DNA of 60,392 nucleotides, filler included, from an uncultured bacterium (GCA_964449065.1; 4 parts of 4 records of this genome joined end to end with filler, not necessarily neighbours in it); one strand, 5' to 3'; counted from the first letter of the whole stretch, positions 29,160-39,584 are shown. Numbers and translations: made by a program. The notes: generated from the sequence alone by a model not told the origin.

Positions 29160-29426
29160 TCAATCCGAGGAATTATCGAAAGATTTTAAACTCTCATCTA
29201 TTCGATGTTGAAATTGTTCTATCGAATCCACTTTCAATGCTTGTCTTCGCAGATGACGGATGATTGTTATTTCATCCATACTCTCAACTTTTTCTTTGAT
29301 GAATTCGGGAATGTTACCAAATCGTTCATCCAAGTTATCCAGCAGAGAAACCTTTGCCTCACTTAGACTTCCAGTTTGTATTCCCTTATCCATGGCAATT
29401 CGTTCAAACGGCGCAATAACGGGCAT
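29160..29426 (-). CDS. Small protein matching the C-terminal module of Rpn-like proteins (DUF4351-like/RpnS-like); upstream in-frame remnant to 29513
   Basis: AGGAGG-8nt-ATG before MPVIAPFERIAMDKG...LDERFGNIP...LRRQALKVDSIEQF; upstream LIDAMMTLPQELEQIF resembles the Rpn-like linker. Confidence 0.65.
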   Translation of the reverse strand: MPVIAPFERIAMDKGIQTGSLSEAKVSLLDNLDERFGNIPEFIKEKVESMDEITIIRHLRRQALKVDSIEQFQHRIDESLKSFDNSSD

Positions 29427-29588
29427 TTTCTTGTCCTCCTGATAAGCGTTTATAGACTCTAAAAAAATCTGCTCCAACTCTTGAGGTAATGTCATCATAG
29501 CATCGATCAACAAAGGATGGGGTGTAACTCTTTATGAAACCCTAAATATTCACAACCAAGCACAAATACCGGAATTATTCCAGTATTT

Positions 29589-29640
29589 ATTCGCGTTTTA
29601 TTCGCGTTTTATTCGCGCTAATTCGCGTGCATTCGCGGTT
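29589..29640. repeat. ATTCGCG-based 10-11-bp tandem repeat (5 units)
   Basis: ATTCGCGTTTT x2, ATTCGCGCTA, ATTCGCGTGC, ATTCGCGGTT. Confidence 0.8.
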
Positions 29641-29693
29641 AACAAGTTTTGATTTCTTCCCGCGGTCTTCTGTGCCTTGGTGGTGCATAACAA

Positions 29694-30158
29694 CTATCGC
29701 GGAACGCGGTCCACATCCCACGTCTGCGGGCGGAACGATTTCTCAACCATCTCATAATATTTGGCGGGATTGTGCAGCGTGCCCAGCACCTGCCGGGTAA
29801 ACGCGTGCGCCCGGTCTTCCAGAGTGCTGAGCGAGCCCATCAGGTAATCCAAAATGCCGCGTTTGATTTCGTATTCGCCGCTGGTTTCGAGATGAAAATA
29901 CAATTGATAGGCAATGTGAAGGTAATACCAATTTCCGTAAAACCCCACATACTGCTGCGCGAGCATGTTGAGCCAGTCTTCCAGAGGCAAATAGCGGTAG
30001 ATTACAATCGCCGGCCCCGCCAGGCGGTATTCCGAGAATATCAGCGGCCGTTTGGGGTAATCGTCGATCTCTTTGATCTCCAACTGCACCGGAAGTTCAT
30101 CGATCCACTCAAGCAGACTTTCCGGTTCCTGCAACTCACGGTCATAGGGTAATAGCAT
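29694..30158 (-). CDS. Hypothetical protein
   Basis: 154-aa ORF, ATG start with GAGGG upstream, protein-like composition. Confidence 0.6.
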   Translation of the reverse strand: MLLPYDRELQEPESLLEWIDELPVQLEIKEIDDYPKRPLIFSEYRLAGPAIVIYRYLPLEDWLNMLAQQYVGFYGNWYYLHIAYQLYFHLETSGEYEIKRGILDYLMGSLSTLEDRAHAFTRQVLGTLHNPAKYYEMVEKSFRPQTWDVDRVPR

Positions 30159-30285
30159 CTACGTTCATCCCTCAACTAAATAGAGCAAGGTGGATCAGCA
30201 CGCCACCCGAAATGGTATATCACTCATTCACGTTACGCACTACATTATGATATGCCCGTTTTTCTCATCGTTCGCTGAATCTATC

Positions 30286-30320
30286 GCCCTCGCCCACTGG
30301 GAGAGGGACGGGGTGAGGGT
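30286..30320. repeat. REP-like GC-rich hairpin CCCTCGCCCACTGGGAGAGGGACGGGGTGAGGG
   Basis: Imperfect palindrome near a contig end. Confidence 0.5.
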
Positions 30321-30353
30321 TCAGGAGGAATAAACCTCTAATTACGCTACTGC

Positions 30354-30453
30354 NNNNNNNNNNNNNNNNNNNNNNNNNNNNNNNNNNNNNNNNNNNNTTA
30401 ATTAATTAANNNNNNNNNNNNNNNNNNNNNNNNNNNNNNNNNNNNNNNNNNNN
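30354..30453. other. Artificial contig linker
   Basis: N44-TTAATTAATTAA-N44. Confidence 0.97.
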
Positions 30454-32012
30454 CTCTATCAATGATAGTTTTTGCGCGTGTTCATGTAAATCGGTCATCG
30501 CTGTTTTCATTTCTAAACATTGCTGTTTGAGCAGTGTCATTTCCATTATGATATCTTCTTTTTTGGATTGAAATGATCGATAGTTTTCAGGGTTGAGTTT
30601 CAATTTATCAACTTCATTAACACAATATTCTTGTATCACTTCCCCGAACCGTTGATACGATACCCCATCAATTCGGGCGCCATGCTGTGATGTATTAATA
30701 ACATTCCCGCCGCTGTTATTGATTAAGTTCCCGAATTCATTCAAATAAATTTTGTAGAGAGCGTTTGTTTTTACGTTGGTTCCAGAATTGCTTTCCACAT
30801 CGAATAACGGTTCTGTTTTCCTGCCTTCTTGCTCCAAATCCAACTGCATCGTCCCTTTTGCATACCATCGATCTTCCGGGAACGACAAATCGTTCCCAAC
30901 CAACACGATGGGCGAACACCCCATCATCCGCACCAATAAATAAGCCGAATGGGCTGTTGAACCGACGGCCTCAAGTTGACCTAGGTTCTTTAAAGATGGA
31001 ATCGTTTGCATCAATCGATTCGCCGAATGCAAACAGAAGAACGTCCTCCCGCAATATTTATCCGTAATGGAGGATTGCACACCCACAAACGAGACCAATA
31101 CAGCAGAATCATCTTTCACGTCTTCAAAATGTTTACCATTTAATTCGGTAAAATCGATACTCACAACTGCATCCGGTTGGATACCGTTTCGGCGAAGCGT
31201 TCGTAAGGCGGAATCAACAGCAATAACTAAAGCCTTGTCTCTATGCTTTTTAATATGTTCTAATTCGTTCTCCAAACTGGGGCCGGGCGCAATAACCCAT
31301 GCTGGAATCCCGGCAAACTTGGATTGAAGAGAAAGCACTGAATATCCATTAATTAGGTTCGGCAGGTTATTGACCGCATTCTTCAGCAATTCCTTTCCTT
31401 GCAATTCTTCCGTCTTAAATTTCAGCGCATCAAACTGGATCGCTTGCGAGACTTCGTTCGACAAATCCTGTATGTACTGTTGGTACAAAGCGGAGACCGG
31501 ATGATACACAGCCATCTGGATACCAACCGCACGGGTTTTGTTGGAATCTGTTCCTTCAAACAACCGCTCGGCGACCTGCTTTCCACTCATCCCTACAAGC
31601 CAGCGAACCCGGTTGGATTGAATCAATGACCGCAAATCCTGAACATGCATGACTGCTTTCAGCACTTGAATTTCCGGCTCTACTATCCAAATCAGAGTGT
31701 CTTGATCGGCATGATGAAACAACGCNNNNNNNNNNATCCCGACCCCATCCCAACAATCATCACATGCCCGTTTGCAAGACAATTCGTCCCCAAATTCAAC
31801 ACCCAATCTTTCGCAGTCTTGGCTGGATGATTCATATCATCCAATGGAATCAATTGGTTCGAATGGATGACGCACAATAAAGGAGAACTGTCTTTTGCCT
31901 TTTCAATCCGGATATTCTGTACCGGAAGGGGAGTTCGCTCTAAATGCAGCGCAAGCGCAGGATTCACGCCCTGAAACGCACTGATATTCTTTTGCCAAAC
32001 AGGATTGCTCAT
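30454..32012 (-). CDS. Second Maf/DUF115 family glycosyltransferase (split by 10-N gap; 3' end cut by contig break)
   Basis: ORFs 31692..32012 and 30406..31806 join across the gap at 31726-31735: WQKNISAF, IVGMGSG, VIAPGPSLE, IAVDSA, LVGNDLSF. Confidence 0.85.
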
Positions 32013-32146
32013 CTAAAATGTTCCCAAAAATAGAAAAGTCATTAGAATAATACTGTATCTATTCCATGCTAACTATGGAATGCAATGGACGAAAACAAAT
32101 GCAAGAATGCTGCTATATTAAACCAAAACATATAAAACAAACCGTC

Positions 32147-32491
32147 ATGAATACAGTAGAGTCTATCATGTTATCAGATATTGAATTGGATGCCCTCAAC
32201 GAAATCAAACAAAAAGTAAGGGTACGCTTTAACGCGAAAGAGTTCATCTTATATGGCTCCATTTCCAGAAATCAAGCGGATTCTGAATCCGATATCGATT
32301 TGTTGATTATCAATGATAAACCGGTCTCCCGCTTTGAGCGCCATGAAATTACGGACATCGTTTTCGAAGTGAACCTCAATTACAACACCAATTTTAGTAC
32401 ACTAGTCGTCGATGATGAAACGTGGGAGTCAGGGATGATTTCGGTATTACCCATTAAAGATGAAATTATGCGGGACGGCATTCCGGTATGA
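32147..32491 (+). CDS. Minimal nucleotidyltransferase (MNT), putative antitoxin
   Basis: ILYGS.SR...SESDIDLLII; ends IMRDGIPV; overlaps next gene (ATGA). Confidence 0.88.
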   Translation: MNTVESIMLSDIELDALNEIKQKVRVRFNAKEFILYGSISRNQADSESDIDLLIINDKPVSRFERHEITDIVFEVNLNYNTNFSTLVVDDETWESGMISVLPIKDEIMRDGIPV

Positions 32492-32895
32492 TTCCTGATG
32501 AACAAAAGTCTTTATTGATCCAATACTGGTGGAAAAAATCCCAAGATAGTCTCGCATCAGCAAATCGCGAATATGAAGCAGGCTCATATTCCTTCGCGAT
32601 AAACCGTCTTTATTACTCAGTTTTTTATGCTGTCAGTGCAGCGCTACTTAAAGAAGGGCAATCTTTTAAAAAACATTCAGGAGTTCGTTCTGCATTCCAC
32701 CGGTCATTTATCAAGTCCAATAAACTTGATGTTAAGTATGGAAAATTCTACGATCAATTATTCGAAGACCGGCAAGAAGGTGATTACGTTGCTTTCATTA
32801 CATTTGAAGAAGAATATGTTCAACATCAACTAAAACAATGCTCTGAATTTCTTAATCGGCTCAATGAAATCGCATCAGTATTCAAAGATGACTAA
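32488..32895 (+). CDS. HEPN domain protein, putative toxin of MNT-HEPN module
   Basis: AINRLYYSVFYA, KHSGVRSAF, RQEGDY. Confidence 0.88.
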   Translation: MIPDEQKSLLIQYWWKKSQDSLASANREYEAGSYSFAINRLYYSVFYAVSAALLKEGQSFKKHSGVRSAFHRSFIKSNKLDVKYGKFYDQLFEDRQEGDYVAFITFEEEYVQHQLKQCSEFLNRLNEIASVFKDD

Positions 32896-32912
32896 AATAA
32901 ATTGAACAAAAT

Positions 32913-33743
32913 CTAAGGTCTTTCTCCGTCAGCAACCCTTTTATTAATCTCCTCAATAACCGACAGCAAATCAGCTACACTGTCAATCACATAATGCGCC
33001 CCGCCATCTTTTAACTTTTTCTCTGCTTTGGATTTCAATTCATTCAGTTTGCTTTCATCCAACGCTTTTAAATCCGTTTCAGACAATCCTACCTCATTGC
33101 CGGAAACCGTTACACCTACCGTCCACATTCCCGCATTCAATCCTTCATAAATATCCGGAAGCGTGTCGCCGACCTTCACACAGGCTTCCAACGGATACAC
33201 CTCTAAATCAACAGCATTCTTATAGCACATAAAGGGATGTGGCCGCCCCGCAGGGACATCTGTAGAAGAAACCACAGCATCCGGCTCAAACCCTTTCTTT
33301 TTGGCTTCCACCACGAGCACATCCATCATTTCTTTGGAATAGCCTGTGCAGGATCCAATTTTGATCCCTTGACCGCGCAAATTTTCCATCGTACCCAGCG
33401 TACCTGGAATCAAGTCGGAGTAATCCGCAATGCATTCAACCTGCTTTGGGATGAAATTTTTATACAGCGTTTCCAAATCCACTTGCGAAAACTCAGCCCC
33501 TTTGGCATCTTTCCACCGCTCGGCAACTCCTGGAATCTGAATGATCTGTTGTATATGCTCCCGCTTATTCGCCCCCATCGGAATCCGTGCTTCATCCAGT
33601 GAAATCTTAACGCCATACTCCCTAAATACTTCTACAAATACCACAGCCGGTGCCATACAACCATAATCACAAACGGTACCGGCCCAATCAAAGATCACAG
33701 CTCGAACATTCCCTTTATACGGCCTATTTATAACTGGGGTCAT
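32913..33743 (-). CDS. phnX: Phosphonoacetaldehyde hydrolase (phosphonatase)
   Basis: IFDWAGT..DYG, ARIPMG..KREHI (Schiff-base Lys), GRPHP, KVGDT, NAGMWTVG; SD AGGAG. Confidence 0.93.
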   Translation of the reverse strand: MTPVINRPYKGNVRAVIFDWAGTVCDYGCMAPAVVFVEVFREYGVKISLDEARIPMGANKREHIQQIIQIPGVAERWKDAKGAEFSQVDLETLYKNFIPKQVECIADYSDLIPGTLGTMENLRGQGIKIGSCTGYSKEMMDVLVVEAKKKGFEPDAVVSSTDVPAGRPHPFMCYKNAVDLEVYPLEACVKVGDTLPDIYEGLNAGMWTVGVTVSGNEVGLSETDLKALDESKLNELKSKAEKKLKDGGAHYVIDSVADLLSVIEEINKRVADGERP

Positions 33744-33959
33744 TCTAAATCTCCTTTGAATCACATTTTGCAATACCATTTAGAAGTGTATATGCTATAT
33801 ATATATGTTAGCGTAAATTACACTGGAATTAAGTTTCACTTACTACGAAATCGGCTTTTAATTATCTTCAAGATTGGTTTTGTTTTAGGATAACGACTCG
33901 AGTGGGGAAAGAAGGTGAATTGGTTTGTCAAAAAGATATGTCGAAAAGATAAAATACTC

Positions 33960-34700
33960 TCACCGAAACAGTTCCCGAATCATTTTTTCATGCTGGTCTA
34001 AAAACATTTTGGTGATTCTGTAGTGCTCGGTATCTTCGTATTCAATTTGTTGATATCCATCCGCACCGAATTCGTAAATAACGGCTCCCGGATAGGCCAT
34101 TAAAATCGGCGAATGGGTCGCAATAATAAATTGCGAGTTTTGTTTCACCAATTGATGAATATGACTTAACACGGACATTTGCCGTGCCGGAGACAACGCC
34201 GCTTCCGGTTCATCCAAAATGTATAAACCGCCGCCGTAAAAGCGTTCAAAAAACAAGGACATAAAGGATTCGCCGTGCGATTGCTTATGAAGAGATTTTC
34301 CCCCATAAGCACGCGTGATGGCGGTGCCGGACTCTTCGTACATTTCGTCGATGTTGGAGGCCACGTTATAAAAACTTTCCGCCCGCAGAAAAAATCCATC
34401 CGAAGGCTGCCGGGGAGATCGTGAATACCGCAAATATTGGTAAAGATCTGAATGCGTTTCACGGGTTTGAAAATTAAAGTTTTTCGAACCGCCTTCCGCA
34501 TTAAACCCCATAGCGACGGCAATGGCTTCAATCAGTGTCGATTTTCCGCTGCCGTTTTCCCCGATAAAATAGGTCACCGTGGGCGCGAATTCCATAACCT
34601 CTAAATTCGCTACCGCCGGGATTGAAAAGGGATACCGGTTTGGGTTGTCAATCTTCTCTCGTTTGAGCGATATGCTTTGCAAATAAGGTAATGGATTCAT
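33960..34700 (-). CDS. Predicted ABC/AAA-type ATPase (COG3910-like)
   Basis: GENGSGKST, FFLRAESF, SHGESF, LDEPEAALSP, IATHSP. Confidence 0.88.
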   Translation of the reverse strand: MNPLPYLQSISLKREKIDNPNRYPFSIPAVANLEVMEFAPTVTYFIGENGSGKSTLIEAIAVAMGFNAEGGSKNFNFQTRETHSDLYQYLRYSRSPRQPSDGFFLRAESFYNVASNIDEMYEESGTAITRAYGGKSLHKQSHGESFMSLFFERFYGGGLYILDEPEAALSPARQMSVLSHIHQLVKQNSQFIIATHSPILMAYPGAVIYEFGADGYQQIEYEDTEHYRITKMFLDQHEKMIRELFR

Positions 34701-34938
34701 ATTGACTATATTGGAATGATCAATTTAAGGGCTTATTTCATGAAAAAAAATCATAAAAAAATATTTTCAATATTCACTCACAGTTTTAGCATATTGATTC
34801 TTTCTTGAATTGGCTGTTATGGTACTACGTCCATCCATTCTAACAATATCATTTACCCAAGAAATGTGCGAATCGATCAGCGTGCCGTTCCCTGATACTT
34901 CGGCAAAAAGTAAAATGGACAATAACGCGATGGTGTAT

Positions 34939-35001
34939 ATTGTGGTGCAGGCATCTTGCCTGCAATGTATATAGTAGAAGGCTGGAAGCCTGCACCACAA
35001 T
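34939..35001. repeat. REP doublet (REPIN-like)
   Basis: ATTGTGGTGCAGGC...GCCTGCACCACAAT 14-bp inverted repeat; left unit GCAGGCATCTTGCCTGC is itself a hairpin. Confidence 0.7.
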
Positions 35002-35226
35002 TTTTAACTTGTTGCCGGGTCGTCTTCCCTGGATATACCTCCATACTGACGGCAATTCCTGTTTTACATACCGTTCCAGCCTATGACCGGCTCATGCCTA
35101 AAAGAGCATCTTCACAATCCTGAATATTAGAGAACCTTCCGCAAATGGCCTTATCACTATTGGCAATGGTTCTCAATAGAGATATATTCTTCTGGAAGAA
35201 GTACAGGATATTTTTGAAGTACTCCT

Positions 35227-35310
35227 GCCGGGGTGGTGGAATTGGTAGACACGCTAGGTTCAGGACCTAGTGAAGGCAACTTCGTGGGGGTTCGACTCCC
35301 CCCTCCGGCA
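35227..35310 (+). tRNA. tRNA-Leu (CAG); CCA not encoded
   Basis: GCCGGGGTGGTGGAATTGGTAGACACG CTAGG TT-CAG-GA CCTAG long variable arm GGTTCGACTCCC..CTCCGGCA. Confidence 0.93.
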
Positions 35311-35476
35311 CACTGGTTTCACTGATCATCCCCAATAAACAAGCCCCAAACAACCTGCAAAACATTTAAAATCAATGGTAAGCCGATTACCAGGTCTCAC
35401 CTGTTAGGATTTTAATTGTAAGCTTTAGATTGTTAATTTCACTAAATATTTGTTGTGGAATTGTTTGAGGTTCACT

Positions 35477-37189
35477 CTACTTTACATTCTTTTGTTTACT
35501 CCAGCTATCCTTCAACGCAACCGTCCGGTTATAAACCGGCTTTTCAGGAGTGCTGTCTTTGTCCTTGCAGAAATATCCCTTGCGTTCAAACTGGCAGGTA
35601 AATCCCACTTCTTTGTCCGCCAAACCGGGCTCAAGATAGCAATCATCCAACACGTGAAGTGAATTTGGATTGATGTTGTCTTTAAATGTCTGCCCTTCCT
35701 CAAATTTCATCGGATTTTCTTTGTTGAAAAGATACTCATACAACCGCACTTCCGCCTGAACCGCGTGCTTGGCCGATACCCAATGTATCGTCCCCTTTAC
35801 CTTCCGCCCATCCGGTGACTGACCGCCTTTGGTTTCCGGATCATAGGTACAATACAGTTCAACAATCGTGCCGTTATCATCTTTGATCACATCCGTACAG
35901 GTAATGTAATACGCATAGCGCAGCCGGACTTCCCTTCCCGGCGCCAATCGGTAGAACTTCTTCGGCGCGTCTTCTAAAAAGTCATCCCGCTCAATATACA
36001 ATTCCCTCGAAAACGGAATCATACGCGTACCCGCCGCTTCATCTTCCGGATTATTAATCCCCTCCAATTGTTCTTCTTGCCCTTCCGGATAATTGGTTAT
36101 GACAACTTTTACTGGATCAAGCACAGCCAAATACCGGTTCGCAACTTTATTAAGATGCTCCCGCAAGCATTCTTCCAAATACTGAATGTCATACGTAGAA
36201 TTGTTTGTGCTCACACCGATTCGTGTGCAAAAATCCCGTATCGCCTCTTTCGTGAATCCTTTACGCCGCATACCCCGTAAAGTAGGCATGCGCGGATCAT
36301 CCCATCCGTTTACAATCCCTTCTTCTACTAATTGGCGCAGAAAACGTTTGCTTAATACGGTATACGTTAAATTCACCCGACCAAACTCATACTGCTTGGA
36401 TGGAAATATTCCCAACTGTTCGATAAACCAGTCATACAGAGGGCGGTGGCCCACAAACCCAACATCGCAAATTGAGTGAGTGACTTTTTCAATCGAATCC
36501 GACTGCCCATGCGCCCAATCATAAGAAGGATAGATACACCATTTGTTTCCGAGAAGAAAATGCTCCTTGTATAATATCCGGTACATTACCGGGTCGCGCA
36601 TGTTCAAGTTCGGATGCGCCATATCAATCTTTGCGCGCAGTGTCTTGGCCCCTTGTTCAAACTCTCCCTTCTTCATTCGTTCCAGCAAATCCAAATTCTC
36701 TTCTATAGACCGGTTGCGGTAGGGGCTGTCCTTTCCCGGTGGAGTCTCGCGCGATTCTCCCTTCACATAATCAGCCGTGCCGCGGTATTTCCGTATATCT
36801 TCTTCATTTAAATCACATACGTAAGCCTTGCCTGTTTTAATCAATTCCCGCGCCCATTCATACAATTGATCATAATATTGCGAGGCATAAAACATCCGGT
36901 CTTCCCAATCGAATCCCAGCCAGCGCACATCTTCCTGAATGGCTTCCACATACTCCATCCGCTCATTTTCCGGATTGGTATCATCAAAGCGCAGATTGTA
37001 CTTCCCTCCAAATTCTTCCGCCACACCGAATGTGGTACAAATCGCATAGGCATGGCCGATGTGTAGATATCCATTGGGTTCGGGTGGAAAACGGGTCACC
37101 ACATTCCCTCCGTGTAATCCGGCTTCCACATCTCTTTTTACGACATCGCGTATAAAATTTGGGGCTTTAATTGATTTACTGTCTTTCAT
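35477..37189 (-). CDS. glnS: Glutamine--tRNA ligase
   Basis: [58 protein letters not shown]. Confidence 0.97.
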   Translation of the reverse strand: MKDSKSIKAPNFIRDVVKRDVEAGLHGGNVVTRFPPEPNGYLHIGHAYAICTTFGVAEEFGGKYNLRFDDTNPENERMEYVEAIQEDVRWLGFDWEDRMFYASQYYDQLYEWARELIKTGKAYVCDLNEEDIRKYRGTADYVKGESRETPPGKDSPYRNRSIEENLDLLERMKKGEFEQGAKTLRAKIDMAHPNLNMRDPVMYRILYKEHFLLGNKWCIYPSYDWAHGQSDSIEKVTHSICDVGFVGHRPLYDWFIEQLGIFPSKQYEFGRVNLTYTVLSKRFLRQLVEEGIVNGWDDPRMPTLRGMRRKGFTKEAIRDFCTRIGVSTNNSTYDIQYLEECLREHLNKVANRYLAVLDPVKVVITNYPEGQEEQLEGINNPEDEAAGTRMIPFSRELYIERDDFLEDAPKKFYRLAPGREVRLRYAYYITCTDVIKDDNGTIVELYCTYDPETKGGQSPDGRKVKGTIHWVSAKHAVQAEVRLYEYLFNKENPMKFEEGQTFKDNINPNSLHVLDDCYLEPGLADKEVGFTCQFERKGYFCKDKDSTPEKPVYNRTVALKDSWSKQKNVK

Positions 37190-37410
37190 TTATAAACTCC
37201 AAAAAGGTATAATCGAAGCAAAGGAAGTATTGTATTGTTCAATCCGTAAGGTGTTAGCCCTCAGATTGCGGTCAAAATCCAGAAGATGCAGCATGATGTT
37301 CTGAAAGTTGTTGGCGGAATATGGAACAATATATCCCCCCTGAATAAACAACAAGAAAATAACTAAGCAAACAATCATTCCATCTATCCATTAGATTATT
37401 GGGATCTTCA

Positions 37411-38949
37411 TCATTCTGTATCCTTTACTCTTCTATAAAAAATCAAATCTTTCCCATTAGGCAATGCAACAACCTCAGGCTCATATTCTTGATGAAACTC
37501 TTCTATCGCAAATAACTCAACACCGCTGCGAAACATCGGCTTAATCGATCCCAAACTTGATCCCAACTGAATCACATCTGGCTCTCTGGATAAAACATAG
37601 CGGCCATCCCCCTTTTCATGTCCGGCGCTCCCCTGCCCCATATTCTCTACGCTTCTTCTTGCGATATGCTTGTCCGTCAGCCCCAGCATATCGATTGTCT
37701 TCAATTCGGAATAATAGGCAACGCTTCCCGCGGTGTTTGTCGCGATGACCGTATCTTCCGGCAGTTTGTCTTTCATCCACAACCCAGCATACCGGCCGTA
37801 TTCCGCTACCCGGTCACTCAAAATATGTCCATATATATGCCAATTGAAATGCAATTGATACGTGTTGAACACAACCAACGCGAATACGGCAAATAGAATC
37901 ATCCTACGATTGTTAATTAAAATACGGGTCGAGATAGCAGCCAATATACAAATAAAAGGCACCACCGGAACCAAAAACCGAAACGCCGGCATGCTGTCTC
38001 CCCCCACATAAACCGTATAGAGTAGGAAGAAAACGGGCAGCACGATCATCAAATAAGTGCCGTCATGAAACGATATCATTCGTCCGCGCCATAGGGCTAT
38101 TGCAGCGATTCCCAGCATCCCCAACATACACCAAAGAAAATCCAAGACATAATCCACTCCACGCGGCATCTGATCCATGGAGAACCCAACTTTGGCATAA
38201 TATGTATTGGGAAGCCAATCCCCATAATACATAATCCGAAATATCAATTGAGATAGGATGGCAAGAAGAATCGGCAGAAGAAAGAACAATACATTTTGCT
38301 TGTGAAGTGGCTTCAACAATAAGTGCAATGGTTTGATTTCTGAATTTTTATAAGCCAATACGGTGAAATCAAACAGAATAACACCGGCAACCAACACACC
38401 TTCCGGCCTGCACAATACCCCCAAGGCACAGAACAACCCGGTCATGCAGGATTGCAACCGGGATTCTGAATTCCGGCTAACATGGAGATAATGAAACACT
38501 GTCATTACAGTCAGAAAGCAAAAAAACGATACCTCCATCCCGCTAAATGACCACGGAATAAACACCCCGCATGTCCCCAACAACAACGCCGCAGTTAACG
38601 AATCCTGTTTCTGAATCTTGGAATAAAACCGGTGGGAAAACATCACCACCCAAAAAACAACTAATGAGGAAAACAAACAGAAGAACTTTGCGGTATACAA
38701 AGAAGGAATCCCCACACCATAAAAAACCGCAATCAACACCACCCACAAAAAAGAGGTGTATCCCTCAATATATTCCCCTTCATTATACACCAAACCATGT
38801 CCATCAATCCAATTCTCTGCATAACGAAACGATATAAACGCGTCATCCAATGTCCACGGCTGTACGGAATCATAAAATGAATAAGCCAGTATTGTGCAGT
38901 AAACAAAAACAAAGATACGTACAAGAGGAAGCGGCATTCCGTTTTTCAT
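37411..38949 (-). CDS. Multi-pass GT-C fold glycosyltransferase-like membrane protein
   Basis: DDAFISFRYA.N...G.GLVYN.GE.IEGYT; RPEG; YYGDWLPNTYYAK; IDMLGLTD. Confidence 0.8.
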   Translation of the reverse strand: MKNGMPLPLVRIFVFVYCTILAYSFYDSVQPWTLDDAFISFRYAENWIDGHGLVYNEGEYIEGYTSFLWVVLIAVFYGVGIPSLYTAKFFCLFSSLVVFWVVMFSHRFYSKIQKQDSLTAALLLGTCGVFIPWSFSGMEVSFFCFLTVMTVFHYLHVSRNSESRLQSCMTGLFCALGVLCRPEGVLVAGVILFDFTVLAYKNSEIKPLHLLLKPLHKQNVLFFLLPILLAILSQLIFRIMYYGDWLPNTYYAKVGFSMDQMPRGVDYVLDFLWCMLGMLGIAAIALWRGRMISFHDGTYLMIVLPVFFLLYTVYVGGDSMPAFRFLVPVVPFICILAAISTRILINNRRMILFAVFALVVFNTYQLHFNWHIYGHILSDRVAEYGRYAGLWMKDKLPEDTVIATNTAGSVAYYSELKTIDMLGLTDKHIARRSVENMGQGSAGHEKGDGRYVLSREPDVIQLGSSLGSIKPMFRSGVELFAIEEFHQEYEPEVVALPNGKDLIFYRRVKDTE

Positions 38950-38974
38950 CACAACAAAGTATAGAGTAGAGCAT

Positions 38975-39544
38975 TTATCGTCTCACATAAGGATACTGAT
39001 TGTTCTTATTCCCCGGGATCGGCGTAAAGATTGCCCCATGGCTGGTCAATCCGTTCGATGCATCATACGGCAGCGACCGCTCGCCCCCAACATCCATATC
39101 CGGCCCGACCGACCGGGTAAAAAACGAAGCGTTCCGGTTGGTATCCGCGTACTTCAACGCTGCCGGGTCGCCAATGCCATAGAATTCGGAAAGCATCTGG
39201 TAATTCGGCTCCACGTGATACTGCCCTTTATACCAGCCCAATGTAGCCGCGTCGGTAAACCCTTCTTTTTGAAAGGGATCATCAATCGATGAAGTCAAAT
39301 ACGCAATTGGAGTGGTTACAAAGCGGTGCTGCGCGATATCGCCATCCAAATGCGGCGGCCAACCCTGGTTATCCATATAATACATCTGATACGCATCATT
39401 CACCGACCGCTGCTCGGCAAAAACCCGCGCAACCTTCGCTTTAATCTGCGCATTCAAAAAGTTCGGTACCGCGATCGCGGCCAATATTCCTATAATCGCA
39501 ACCACGATCAATAATTCAATCAGCGTAAAACCTCGTAAACTCAT
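38975..39544 (-). CDS. Prepilin-type N-terminal cleavage/methylation domain protein (pseudopilin-like)
   Basis: RG^FTLIELLIVVAIIGILAAIAVP. Confidence 0.92.
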   Translation of the reverse strand: MSLRGFTLIELLIVVAIIGILAAIAVPNFLNAQIKAKVARVFAEQRSVNDAYQMYYMDNQGWPPHLDGDIAQHRFVTTPIAYLTSSIDDPFQKEGFTDAATLGWYKGQYHVEPNYQMLSEFYGIGDPAALKYADTNRNASFFTRSVGPDMDVGGERSLPYDASNGLTSHGAIFTPIPGNKNNQYPYVRR

Positions 39545-39584
39545 AGAACACCTTCACCTAAATATGATGTCTTATTGAATCCTG

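Noticed and set aside
29589..29640. Possible CRISPR array
   Set aside because: Units are 10-11 bp with no spacers; no cas genes in the window
31692..31806. Frameshift in the second maf gene
   Set aside because: Coincides with a 10-N gap of arbitrary length; not evidence of a pseudogene
25860..32012. Apparent cluster of two maf genes
   Set aside because: They lie on different contigs separated by a linker
35311..35476. tRNA-Leu as an integration site
   Set aside because: No integrase and no duplicated tRNA 3' end in the window
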